Source: Puccinia triticina
Taxonomy: Eukaryota
Assembly (NCBI GenBank): GCA_026914245.1
Contig: CP110439.1
Span: forward strand, 4,588,001-4,652,000
DNA length: 64,000 nucleotides
Reading direction: 5' to 3'
Positions 1 through 11,778 of the stretch are shown in pieces; position 1 is the stretch's first letter; each line of letters opens with the position of its first letter. The notes under the pieces were generated by a model that was not told the origin of the DNA, searched no databases, and saw only the letters and a program-made list of their open reading frames with translations. The position numbers and the translations under genes are program-made.

Positions 1-119
1 TTGCTTTCAGGTACTACATGCGCAGACCTTCTTGTTTTACATTATAAGTTGTCTCGAGATTTTAGTTGTACTAGTTTCTGATTGGAATAAATCCTTTTCA
101 GTTGCTCCAATTTTTTCAA

Positions 120-1137
120 ATTAATCGACTCCCATAAATTAGAGTTCCGACTCCCAAATGTCGCGGACGTCCGGGAGACCGCCGCAAGACGTCCGCTGCG
201 GGTCAACCAGACCTCAATTTGACCCGGCCGACTTTTGGGAGTCGGAACTCAAATTCCTCCCGAAAGTTTGGGAGTCGGAAATTTAATTCCAAAATATTTC
301 CATCAAATCAAATAAATTCAATAAATCCTCAATGGGGCATCCAAATGCCCCCAAAATTTTACAGCCATCTGGGGAAACACCTTTGAGCATATTGTGAGCT
401 TCACGGCGGGATTACACATCAGCAACACCTCATATGAGTGTGGGGTGGATTTCGCGGATTTCCTACTAAGGCAAACCACCAAATCCTGAGCTACGGTGCT
501 CCAGAAGCCTGCAGATTTTTTCTGCCACATAAATACACTCTCTAGAGCATATGTTAAGCTTCACGGCATTAGCACACCTCAGGGAGAGCCTGTGTAGCCG
601 GGGGCGGATTTGGCGGATTTCCTACTACTGCAATGCGCCATATCCTGAGATATGGTGATCCAAATGCCCCCATAATATTTCTGACACATAAATACACTCT
701 CTAGAACATATTTTGAGATTTACGGGTGTATTACACATCAGGGAAATCCTGTGTAGCCGGGGGCGGATTAGGCGGATTTCCTACTAAGGCAATTGTTGTA
801 GTTTTCTTCCTCTGCACTGTCCTACGCCGTTAGGAATTTTTTTGCGGTATGTGTCGGTAATTGTATATAAGAGGGCAGGGAATCCTTTGATCAGCCTCCA
901 AATTTTTTATCTCTTCTTGATCAGAAGATATAGAGGGTTCAAGTGAGGATAAGCAGTAGGAAATTTGCCTAATCCGCCCCCGGCTACACAGGATTTCCCT
1001 GATGTGTAATACACCCGTAAATATCAAAATATGTTCTAGAGAGTGTATTTATGTGTCATAAATATTCTGGGGGCATTTGGATCACCATATCTCAGGATAT
1101 GGCGCATTGCGGTAGTAGGAAATCCGCCAAATCCGCT
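120..1137. mobile_element. Truncated foldback-type DNA transposon remnant with ~160-bp internal repeats
   Basis: CCGACTCCCAAA/TTTGGGAGTCGG inverted motifs at 120-280. About 3 tandem ~160-bp units (ttcacgg... at ~400, 560, 720). 955-1137 is the reverse complement of ~604-786. The GACTCCC and ttcctactaag motifs are shared with elements at 19462 and 39732. Confidence 0.6.
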
Positions 1138-1289
1138 GTCTCTGGTTTCTTTTCTTTCCTCTCATCTCTCAGATTTTGGCCCTCTTTCCTTTTCCTGAGC
1201 TCTTCTTCAGTTTGATTTCTGGTTTCCTCCTTCTGAACTTTTGTTTTCTTTTCCTCTCTTTCCCTCTTCCTCTCTTGAATTTGGTTTGG

Positions 1290-1420
1290 TTGTGTAGTGC
1301 GTGCGCATGGCGCGTGAGGAGATGATGACATGCTTGTGACAGGCCTCCAGGAATCCAAGTTCCCAGCGAACTTGAAGGATGAGAGGCCATAGCATCCTGT
1401 TCTGATCCAAGTCAGGGGTT
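1290..1420 (+). mobile_element. Degenerate Gypsy PPT/LTR-start fragment
   Basis: gcgcgtgaggagatgatgacatgcttgtgaca...ccaagttc...cgaacttg...gagaggc...ttctgatcc resembles the reverse complement of 60770-60880 (PPT/LTR junction of the minus-strand Gypsy). Confidence 0.5.
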
Positions 1421-1941
1421 ATCAAAAATTAACTGGAGGACTTCCTGTGCAATCGGGGACCCCTGCAGATGTTGGTTTAGACCCAAAATGTCTAGATTTT
1501 TTCAGGGGCATCTGGCTTGTTGGGCTCTAGATCACTTCTGGGAGACCCACAGATCTCCACAGGAAGTCATCCACTGGTTTCTGAATGTGGATTTCTTATA
1601 TTTGATAACAATAGGGGGTATCAAATGTAAGAAATCCAAAACTGTTTCTAAGAAGAAGGAGAAAGTTTCAGCTGTCATACAAAAATTCAATACTTCTTCA
1701 TTTTTGTGATTTTTCTTTGTGTTTCTGCTGTGCTCCAGTGCTCCTAAAGCTATTAAAATTGGCTAGCTTGATCAGAAGTGGGATTTCTGCATTCCAGGGG
1801 AAACAATGTCAAGCAAGAATGTTTGAAAAAGTTGGAAAACCTTTGAGCATAGGCATGAAATGTGTCTGAATTTAACCAAAATTCTAGATTTTACATTACC
1901 CACTTCTATAGGGGGTTTCCAGGGTCCTCTTTGTGTTTGTA

Positions 1942-3287
1942 CAGGGGGTTCAAAATTGATCCAGGAAGCTTTCCAGGTCCGAAAATCCAGGAAGAAAATT
2001 GGACCTGGAAGGTCTCCTGGGGACCTGGGGGCCTGCTTAGCAAGAGGCTCTAGGAGGGTCGTTCCAGGTCCAGGAATCAGGCTGAAACAACAGGAAACAA
2101 CTTTATCAAAGACTTTTTCCACACCCCGGCCACCCCCGACCCACAAGTATAGTGGGGCCTATCCTCCTCAACCATATACACATGGCAGAAAGAACCGGCC
2201 ATCGGAGCAGCTCACTGCACCCTTGATGGCCGGCACAAGCCATTCATTGAGCGGAGTACATACACACCCCACCATGAACAATGGCCGGTCAGTAGGCTGT
2301 ATATTCTTAATGGCCGGCCTGGTCATTGATAGGAGTACACTCCTCCCTTAACGCCGGGTCCGTACTGCCCATCAATAGCCATTTGCTATAATTCTTGATG
2401 ACCGGTTTGTTCCGGTCATATACGTACTCCTCAAGATGACCAAAACAAACCGGACATTGAGAGGAGCATGTATGTACCTCTCAAGATGACCGGAACAAAC
2501 CGGTCATTGAGGAAAATGATTACTTCTCTTGGTGGCCATGATGGGCTGGTCATCAAGGGAGTATGTACTCCTCCCAACAATCGGAACAAACCGTTCATCA
2601 AGGGAAATGATATGAGTAATCACTTCCCTGGATGAACGGCCCGTTCCGGTCATCTAGAAAAGTGCATACTCCTCTTGATGACCTGTTTGTTCCAGTCATT
2701 GGGAGGATTACATGCTCCCTTGATGGCTGGAACAAACCGGTAATTGAGAGGAGTAGGTTCCTCTCACTTGCTGGAAAGAACCAATCATCTTGAGGAGTAC
2801 ATACTCCTCAAGATGTCCAAAAGGACAGTCCATCAAGGGGAGCTCCCAATGAACAAACGGACAAGCGTACTCCTCCCGATGAGCAAACAAACCGGCCATC
2901 AATGGGAATACGTTGCTCCCAGTGGCTGGTGTGTACTGCTTTGGCTGACCAGCCTGGGCTGGTCAACGGAGGGGAGTGGTGCTTCCAGTAGGGTATGTGT
3001 AACATACACCCTTTTGAATGCCGTGGATTCCGATTATGACTGCAGGGAAACCAAGCCGGATTTTTTTTTTTGGCAGAACTTTGGGACCCCGGTTGTGGGA
3101 GGGGACTTCCTGAAACCCCAGACTGCCAGACCTGATGCTCAGGAATGCAAGTACAGGTGGCTTTTGACCAACATGGGGCATTCAAAGTTGAAAGCCCAGA
3201 GCCTCTTTTTTGGCAGGGGATTTTTTTCCTGGAATCTGGGACCTGTGCGAGCTCCTGGAGACCTGGATTTAATTTTGAACCCCCCTA
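1942..3287. mobile_element. Degenerate non-autonomous TIR element containing a hairpin sub-repeat array (~2190-2960)
   Basis: Ends AGGGGGTTCAAAATT / AATTTTGAACCCCCCT. Interior built of repeated tcctcttgatgaccgg...ccggtcatcaagagga-type inverted motifs. No clear TSD. Confidence 0.45.
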
Positions 3288-3546
3288 ATATAGAAATAAT
3301 AAGCCTGGAACACTGGCATACATAAATTGATACAACATTTTCTTTCCGATCTGTTATACTTGAAGATACCTACCTCTTGGTCGTGTTTCGTGATTTCAAT
3401 TCCGGGCTTGTTGGTGTCAGGAAGGGCCTTGGACTTCCGGATGATCATACATGCAGAGACAAAAATTCCAGGTTGGGCCTTCACTTGAGGCGTAACTCCC
3501 TAAGTTCGCGCAGAGATCTGTTCATTACGAACAAAAACTGGACAAC

Positions 3547-5025
3547 ATGGGATTCCATTTCTTTCGACAACTACATTTCATGCTTCTCTTGACCAAGAAT
3601 GCCTTTCTACTCACCACGCTGGACTCAGGAGGTCATAGGATTCCTAGATTACTTTTCGATTTAAACGAGTTCCCGCCGGATGAGCCTCCTACCACGCCTC
3701 GATTTTGTCCCTTACAACCGACTCCTCTCTCCGATTCTTTGAAGGGAGATTTTGTCGCACAAAGCGACCAAGTCGGACTGCACTGCTTGCCAATGGCCTC
3801 TACGTCAGACACATTTCGGGTGAATCATTATCCGACCAGTCCCCGCAAGCGGAAGACTGTTGGTGCTAGTATAGAACACGGACAAACAGAGGCGCCGATT
3901 GACCTGAGGCTGGACCAAAGACAGAAGACTAGGTTAAAATACCAAAATAACTGGCCAGTCGAGAATGCAAGTAAACCGGAAGGCATCACAGCTACAACCG
4001 CGAAATTGCAACAAAAAGAGAAGGAAACAATTGAAAACTACAAAATTACGCAGAATGATCCAAATCAGGACATCAGGCTCGGCCGGCTCGAAGAGGATGA
4101 AAGAAAACATGTACTGTTTGATGTTCAAGACTGGAGTTTTGTCAGGAAAAATTCAAACATGCAAAGTGATGACAGATCTCAGAGCGCGTCCAAGGAAAAC
4201 CACACTGAGAATTTCTTCAAAGCCATGAGAGAAATAAAAAGGAATACCGAGTTAGAACTCTTCAAAGAAGAGCTTGATCAAACCAGTAATGAATACTTCT
4301 GGATTCCCAAAGAGTATGAACGAACCTTCATTAGCCGGTTTAGAGCGGAGAGATCAAAGGTTCCCTATCCGGACGAGAAAATCTTAACAACTTCACAAAG
4401 AAAAGTACGGACGTTCAACACCATCTTAGAACTGTCAGACGAAAAACTTAATCTTGAAGGTTATGCTGTTTTTTCAAAAGAAATTATAGAATACATGACC
4501 CTGAAACTTGAGGACAACTTACAGGACGTTTCCCACACCAACGCGAGACTAGAGAATCCAATTCCGCCAAGAATTAAAATGATCAAAAGACTAACCAAAT
4601 GTGTCACTTTCCTACACATAGCCTCTCTTGCAGTTTTCCACCAACATGAAAATGGGAAATTGACAAAAGGTTGCATTGAATATTTCCTGCTTTTCCTCAA
4701 AAGCGTTTGGCAAGATCTTGAAAGAGGTTCAGATGATATTCTCAAGCATGATTTTGGCCAGAGATTGCATGATGTGCTGCGCTTCAATACACCTTTGGGG
4801 GGTGTGAGCTCTCCATCAGACCTCGTGGGGATTGCCTGGTCAATTGTTAGATACTACGCCAACAAAAAAAAGGGGGGTTTTCCATTAGACACAGTTGGCC
4901 TTGCGGAGATGGTCCATAAGATTATTTTCTACTCAAACTATGAAGCATTTCTCACTGAATCCCAAAACAAGGAGGCAGTTAATTTGACAAAGCAAAGAAA
5001 ATTTAAAAAAATGAATATGATGTGA
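3547..5025 (+). CDS. Candidate secreted nuclear effector, 492 aa, with DLNxxP EAR motif
   Basis: Long intronless ORF. Hydrophobic N-terminus (FMLLLTKNAFLLTTL), FDLNEFP at aa 37-43, basic NLS-like PRKRK, C-terminal KQRKFKK, apparently helical C-terminal domain. The effector role is an inference. Confidence 0.75.
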   Translation: MGFHFFRQLHFMLLLTKNAFLLTTLDSGGHRIPRLLFDLNEFPPDEPPTTPRFCPLQPTPLSDSLKGDFVAQSDQVGLHCLPMASTSDTFRVNHYPTSPRKRKTVGASIEHGQTEAPIDLRLDQRQKTRLKYQNNWPVENASKPEGITATTAKLQQKEKETIENYKITQNDPNQDIRLGRLEEDERKHVLFDVQDWSFVRKNSNMQSDDRSQSASKENHTENFFKAMREIKRNTELELFKEELDQTSNEYFWIPKEYERTFISRFRAERSKVPYPDEKILTTSQRKVRTFNTILELSDEKLNLEGYAVFSKEIIEYMTLKLEDNLQDVSHTNARLENPIPPRIKMIKRLTKCVTFLHIASLAVFHQHENGKLTKGCIEYFLLFLKSVWQDLERGSDDILKHDFGQRLHDVLRFNTPLGGVSSPSDLVGIAWSIVRYYANKKKGGFPLDTVGLAEMVHKIIFYSNYEAFLTESQNKEAVNLTKQRKFKKMNMM

Positions 5026-8000
5026 CACATAGGTGCCTAATTAGTAATTAGCTAATTATTACATTCACCCTTCATCAGTTTTTTTTATTTCTTTCCAAGC
5101 CTCTACGCCAAAATGTGATTTCAATATATCCAAAGAAAACTAAAAATGGGGAGCTAAGGGGAGCAAATAAACCACAAAAAGGAATACATTGAAAGATTGA
5201 TTTGCTATTATTAAATAATAAGTAATAGAAAAAGTGAGAACATGGAAGAGCTCAAATAATGTATGTGCTAAGTGCTTAAGATCAATTTCTTATCAGATTT
5301 GCAAGCTTGACTGGGGGAGTTGCAAATAGTAACACCACATGAAAATGAGACATTACTTTGTTACAGGTTGCACAATCATGTCACAAATCATGATGGACGC
5401 GCATGTGCCATGACCTGTCAAAAATAAAAGACATCAGTTCAGGTAGCTGTCATGAGAGTGAAAGCTCTGTGAAAACTACTGCACAATTAATGTGTATGTG
5501 ACGGACTTCAGGCAGGCATCTTTTGCACAGGTGCCCTGTCTGACATAGTGACCTGTAATTTCACAGGTTCTGGATGGCACATGACATAGCACCTTCAGGA
5601 AAAGGTAAAATGTCCTGCATTAATGAGAGAATCTCAACTGTGGGCCCTATAAATTTCACAAAAGGCCTGTAAAATGACATTGTGCACAAGAGGATTCTGC
5701 TTTATACACACAACTTCATGGGCTGTGTTGTTGAAATCTAATTATCTGTTCCTTACTTACACCAAAATAATTCTTATTTTATTCAATACTAGAGGCCAAG
5801 GCGGCTTCGCCGCTGCAAACCCCAGCACAGCAAGAGGCCACCAAGCTCAAATTCAAACTTGAAAATCTTTCCATAGTATTTCTCCCACATTTCAGTGGAG
5901 GAAAACCTTTCAACAAAGCAATTTTACCAGGTATGTACAGGTTCCTATGAGTTTTTTTTAGCCAGAGGTCTGGTGGAAAAGCTTTGGCATCACCCTAAAC
6001 ACTTGATAGGGCACTGTATGTGAGCCTGTGTCTCTTATGTGACAGCAGGACACAAGAAAAATGGGTGGGCACTGCTTGGATTTCTTGGGATAAAGAAATA
6101 ACAAACAGTAAGAGAAAAAGAGAGAGAGAGAAATAGATGATCTGAGAGATGATATTCAAGGTTCTGTTGACCTGTAGGTGGGAACTAACATCCACTAGCA
6201 ATGCTACTCCTTAAGGGAGTGCTGCCAAGCTGTGCCAGAGATTGCAACAGCCTCTTCTCACAATGGAAACGTGGAAGGTATCTGAATTAGACAAGTCTAA
6301 TCAGCCACAATTTTTTAGACTTCTCTGTGGATAGTCAAGGTTCTTTAAAGGGAAACCTATGTGGTTTGTTACTGACAAAAACCACAGAAAAAGAAGGATA
6401 TGAAGTGATTTGATCCTTGAGAGTAGATGTCTAGAGGTATATGTACCTGTGATCAAAGATGAGAGAAACAAACAAGAGAGGAGAGAAAGCAGTCAAAGAG
6501 ACAGAGAGGAACTCCTCTGAGATAATCAAGGTTCAATGAAAAGGGTACTAACTGTCAATATTCCTGTTGGTGATACTGGGAGTGTAGTGGCCTTGTTCTG
6601 GTGATCCTGGGTTGTCTGGAGGTGTGGTTCTGGTCTGCTGAAGTCTGTAGATCCTCCTCAGGCAAGGGGGATCCTGACTTCGAAAATTTTCACAGTTTGC
6701 TTATGTAATTACATATTTACATGTGGTTTGGCGCGCCTGGTAGCGCTGACACGTCACAACTGCGCATGCGCGCCACAACTCAAGAACTCAGGGAAGGAGT
6801 AGAGTTACAGAGAATTGGTAAGTTGTAACTAGGGTTAAAATTGCATGAGGAAACAGAATATGAAGTCAAAACAAGGATATCTCTTAAGATGAAAAAGATA
6901 TGAAGTAATTCATGTGTAAAAAGTAGAAAAAGGCAGACTTTAGGTCAGCTGTGTTGACTCTAAGGCTGACACTGTACAACCATTGCATGATTTTGCAGAA
7001 CAGTCTGGGTGAACTTGACAAAGACCCATAAGTTTGAGAAAATCAAACTTTGCTTTCTTCTTATTTGAAGTATGGATCACAAATAAGTCAGTTCAAAAGA
7101 TTCAAGGGGACTCATTCAACATTCACCACAGTTTGACACATCTGAGAAAACTCAAAAAAAGAAAAATAACACCCAATCAGGACAGGCCTCATTTCAATTT
7201 TTCTTCTTCCCTCAGGATGCATGACATTGCAGAAAAAAAAAAAACTAATCTCCAGCATCAGAAAAAATAAACTAAAATTGGCAGGTCAAAGGAGTCACAA
7301 ATAACAAAATGTGGGGGAAGTGGGGGGAGGGGGAAAAGAAAGGCAGAATTCACTAACCAGAGCATCAGTGCAGTTCAAAACATAGCTAAGCTGCAATCAA
7401 ATATATAGGTTAGTTGGCTGAGACACAGTAGCCACTGAGTTTAGAGAAGAACACAATGTTGTGCCCTTTTGTCCAACCTGAGCCAGGTCAGTTGCACAAC
7501 CACACAAGAGCAATGGTTTGATTGAGTCATGCAACCCCTTTGAGCATCCCGAGCATCCCAGAGGTGCAGCCAAATGAATTCAGTGAGGCTGGACTTGAAG
7601 GAATGTGAGCTGTAGGATGGGAACAACTTCAAGCTTTGGTGAAAGGTTGTTGATTTCATTACACATGTGTAACTTTTTGTCCCAAAGAAAGCACTGCATC
7701 CAACATCCTTGCTTCAATTTCTTGGATGCTAATGCCAAGCTGTTAGTCCAATCACTTCAGGTGCCGGGGTTGTTCCGCAGCAAAGACAGTCTTGGGCTCA
7801 ACAGGCTGGAGTTCCTGTGCTTTTGGCGGAGATGATGACCTTAATGGACAAGGTCACATGTGCGTAGTGCAGCTCATGAATGATGTGGCAGGAGTTGACA
7901 ACCAGCCTTGTCTCGGAATGGTTGATGAAGTACTTGACTGCTTTCGGCCTGAAGGCTTTGGGGAGTGAGATGATGACAAGAAAAGGTTGCTCAAAAGTGT

Positions 8001-8840
8001 CAAAAATCTAGCTTCTGGACAAAGCAATGCATGAAGTTGGCCTTCTCACTCATCTCCTAAGATGTGTGTTGATTGCTGAGGTACCTTCATAGCTGGACTT
8101 ATCCTGGTACATGGGCTTGTTGTCACCAGAAATGGAATTGTCTTGTTAATAGTAAACAAGTCTTGAAAAAAAGGAATCACCTCAAGAGTGAGAGTCTCTT
8201 CAGGCAAAAAGTGAAGGATCCTTTTTGAACAAAGGGGTGGACTCAACATAGATCACAGATCTTCTTGACCTTGCTTCCAGTTATGCCCAAGCTCAACAAT
8301 TCTGCCAGAAGAGCCTTGCAGTTCTTGATCACTGCTTGCGCTTAATCTACAAAGCTAGGCGCGCTTAATGTACAAAGCTCGGCTTAGCCACCGCTATGGC
8401 CGCAATTTTGTGATTGTGTGGCCCGCCCTGGCAGCCCGCGAACACCGCCTTCTAGATTCAATCCTTGATTGTTTCATTTTTATCCTTTCAGAAACATATC
8501 ATTCTTGACCGTGGTCATTGAGACATTTTGTGTTTGTCTTTATCACCACATCATACTCCTCAAAGGGGTTGGTTTCCACTGGTTTGCCTATCAGTCCTGA
8601 GATATGGGCCATCTAGATTGTCAAACATCAAAAGTTAACAAAAAAAAGCTGTCATATCAAGGGGTGGAACGTGCTAGACTGAAATCAATCATCAAGAAAA
8701 CACTCTTGCAATCAGCAATATACCCCAAGCATTTGTAGTCCCAATTGCAAGGATAAGTGCTGGCACCAAGCTAAATATCAAAAAAAGTGTTGTCAATTTC
8801 AGTTGCACACAAATGAACTCATTACGTTGGGTATACCACA

Positions 8841-10289
8841 TAAAGATGTCACGTGATACCCGGGTACCCGCCACAGGTGTGGGTACCTCCCCAAAAAACC
8901 ACTAATTCTCAGCACCCGCACCCGCACCGGCACCCCTCTGAGGAGCAGGAAGCAGGTACCCGCGGGTGTGGAGAATTTTTGCGGCTAAGTAAGCAAGGAA
9001 GCCTTCTCGGCCAGTTGGTGTATGTATACCACCCCGCCGAAAGGAAGCCCTCTTGGCGAGCTGGTGTACGTGTTCCAGCCCGCCAAGAGAAAGCCCTCTT
9101 GGCGAGCTGGTGTACGTGTTCCAGCCCGCCGAGAGGAAGCCCTCTTGGCGAGCTGGTGTACGTGTTCCAGCCCGCCGAGAGGAAGCCCTCTCGGCGAGCT
9201 GGTATATGTATACCAGCCAGCCGAGAGGAAGCCCTCTTGGGAGCTGGCGTGAAGCCCTCTCGGCGAGCTGGCGTATGTATACCAGCCAGCCGAGAGGAAG
9301 CCCTCTCGGAGAGCTGGTGGATGTATACCAGCCAGCCGAGAGGAAGCCCTCTTGGCGAGCTGGTGGATGTATACCAGCCAGCCGAAAGGATGCCCTCTCG
9401 GCGAGCTGATGTATGTATACCAGCCAGCCGAGAGGAAGCTCTCTCGGCGAGCTGGTGTATGTATACCAGCCAGCCGAGAGGAAGCCCTCTCGGCGAGCTG
9501 GTGTATGTATACAGCAAAAGCAAAAAAGCTTGCGGTCCGGCAGGCCCAATTTTGGAATCTAGCCACTGCCCTTCAAGCCTGTATAGGTCCTGTATGTCAA
9601 GCTGCATACAGGAATATCATTGGAAGAAAAATGCTATTTCCTTCTTTATCAACATTGGGGTATTGAGGGTTGCACCATTGGAATCCTGGTGCAATTTTAC
9701 CCTCATCGGCCCCTTCGCCAGGACTATCTGCCCCACCCAACAGTCGGCCCGACACGCAAATCAAGCTCAACCAGTCGCCCGGAGGCGATGTGACATCCTG
9801 TACAGCTCCGCTGTACAGTTGTGTGGCTGAAATGCAGCAGGCAATTTTTGGCCTCCCGCACCCGCAAGCTTTTTCGCTTTTGCTGTACCAGCCAGCCGAG
9901 AGGAAGCCCTCTCGGCGAGCTGGTGTATGTATACCAGCCAGCCGAGAGGAAGCCCTCTCGGCGAGCTGGTGTATCATACCAGCCCGTCAAGAGGAATCCC
10001 TCTCGGCGACGAGCTGGTGTATGTGTAGTATACCCACTCGCCAAGAAGGATTCATCTTGGCGAGTTGGTATATGTATACCAGCTCACCGAGTGGAATCCC
10101 TCTTGGCGAGGGGTTGTTTGTATACCGCTCGCCATGAGGGATTCCACTTGGCGAGGTAGACGGGTAGTGGGGGGGTAGCAGCTCATCAGGCCAGACACCC
10201 GCACCCGCCGGCGGGTACCTGCTAGCCGCCAACAGGTACCCGCCCACGGACACAAGGTACCCGCAAAGAGGTACCTGATGACATCTCTA
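8841..10289. mobile_element. hAT-like MITE with ~50-bp internal hairpin repeats
   Basis: TIR TAAAGATGTC / GACATCTCTA; subterminal GGGTACCCG motifs; internal tandem ccgagaggaagccctctcggcgagctggtgtatgtataccagc units. Flanks ataccaca/atgccgct match only 5/8. Confidence 0.75.
9512..9885. mobile_element. Tc1/mariner-type MITE (374 bp)
   Basis: TIR CAGCAAAAGCAAAAAAGCTTGCGG / CCGCAAGCTTTTTCGCTTTTGCTG with a TA duplication. Removing it restores the host repeat unit gtatgtata|ccagccagcc. Confidence 0.85.
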
Positions 10290-11749
10290 ATGCCGCTTGG
10301 TGGTACTATTGCCGTGGCGTTGGTTGTGAACCAACGAGGCGAGGGGAAGGGTCCGGAGACAGACGAGTTTGATCCGGATAGGTTGCGTGGGAGCCCGTTG
10401 TTATCGACAGCGAGGCGTGGGCGGTGGCGGTGGCCGCGGGTGACAAACAGGTATGTATTGCCTCGGTTCAGAGTTGGGTGGCGACCCAACGTCTATTTAA
10501 GGAGGGAGGAGGAGGTGTGTTTCCCCCAGGGGATCCGGTTTTGTCCTACCCCCTCCCTGGAGCTGCCCTAATCACTTGATTAGGCCCTCCTTGAAATTCA
10601 TTTCAACCCACCCTTTTTTGCGTGTTGCTGCGGCACGGGCTGGAGGGTGATTCCAAGGTGCTCTCTGGAGTGTTTGGGGAGTAAATTCAACAGTTTTTTG
10701 AGAAAAAAAATAGGCCAAAACCATGATCTTGAGCTCCATGATTGTGTGGATTCAATAAACTTGGATTTTTTTTTAATTTGTGGCAAGTCTTCCATGATTG
10801 AGTATTGCTGATTGATCTATGCAGCTTATCAATTTAAAAGGAAATCATAAACAGCTTAAAATTTTTGTGACAGGTATTTAGTTCTTCACTGAGACAAATG
10901 TCACAGGAGTTTCTGAGCTAGGTACATGATTTTATATTACAAAGTCATAAAATCATCATTAATGTGAGCTACATCCTCAAGAAAAATGGGTACTAAAGTT
11001 TTTCAAATTCTAATTGTGAAACCCTGGGTAGACAAATGATGCTTGTCAATCATGGATAATGGAAGTTACAGTCAAACCTATGAAATCACATTCATGTATA
11101 AGGGCATAACTTTCCAAACCCCACACTCATTTGGGTCCACCAAAATTTAATTTTGGTGTCTAGCTAACTCTTGAAACCACATGAACTGCCTAACCACATA
11201 GCAAATTCTGTGCACAAAGGGGTTTAGGGTTTCAAGTGCTTGCCTGTATTCATGGTTAAGGAATAGTTTGTGGCACCAAATACAAATCAAGCTGGATGAA
11301 AAATATCTCAAAACCCTTTGTAAATTCAGAATTCAAAAACATGGACACATGAACCAGCAATGGGCCACTGCACTACACTAACGTTATTTATTGACTCCCA
11401 AATTCATGTTATTTGTTAGCTCAGATACAAGTATCCATACTATGTTATTTTTTATCTCAGAAAGAAGTATCCATACTAACAACAACAGGAAATAACAGCA
11501 ATAACAACAATAACAGGCCTTTTATTGCTACTAACAGGATACAATAACAGTTATTGCTGTTATCCATCACTATTTCCTGGGCAAGTTCCTGTATTGTTAA
11601 CAACACAAAAAACAAGATAACAGGAAATGTTGTTATTGTTAGCTGGTTTTGGCTAAAATACACTACACTAACAAATAATGTTAGTGTATGGACCACCGTT
11701 GCATGAACTACTGCCACAGAGTAAACAGTTGAGCTGGGCACCTGGTCCC

Positions 11750-11778
11750 TGCAGCGGCGCAGCCGCCTTTTCCTCTAG
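11750..11778 (+). mobile_element. Helitron 3' terminus (5' end not located)
   Basis: TGCAGCGGCGCAGCCGCCTTTTCCTCTAG|T: hairpin plus CTAG, the same motif as five other copies in the window. Confidence 0.7.

Larger units (their letters stand above)
5789..10765 (-). mobile_element. Non-autonomous Helitron-like element (~5.0 kb)
   Basis: 3' end on the minus strand: GCGGC-GAA-GCCGC hairpin followed by CTAG|T (5789-5813). The 5' region 10520-10765 is homologous to 24270-24539 and 11834-12110 and ends at A|TC. Confidence 0.65.

Noticed and set aside
5789..5817. Rho-independent terminator-like GC hairpins
   Set aside because: Eukaryotic DNA, and the hairpins are always followed by CTAG|T rather than a U tract, which fits Helitron 3' ends.
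8853..10159. Many overlapping 100-325 aa ORFs on both strands (also at 42213-42940 and 56544-57356)
   Set aside because: They are translations of palindromic tandem repeats inside MITEs, with repetitive peptides and no domain signal.
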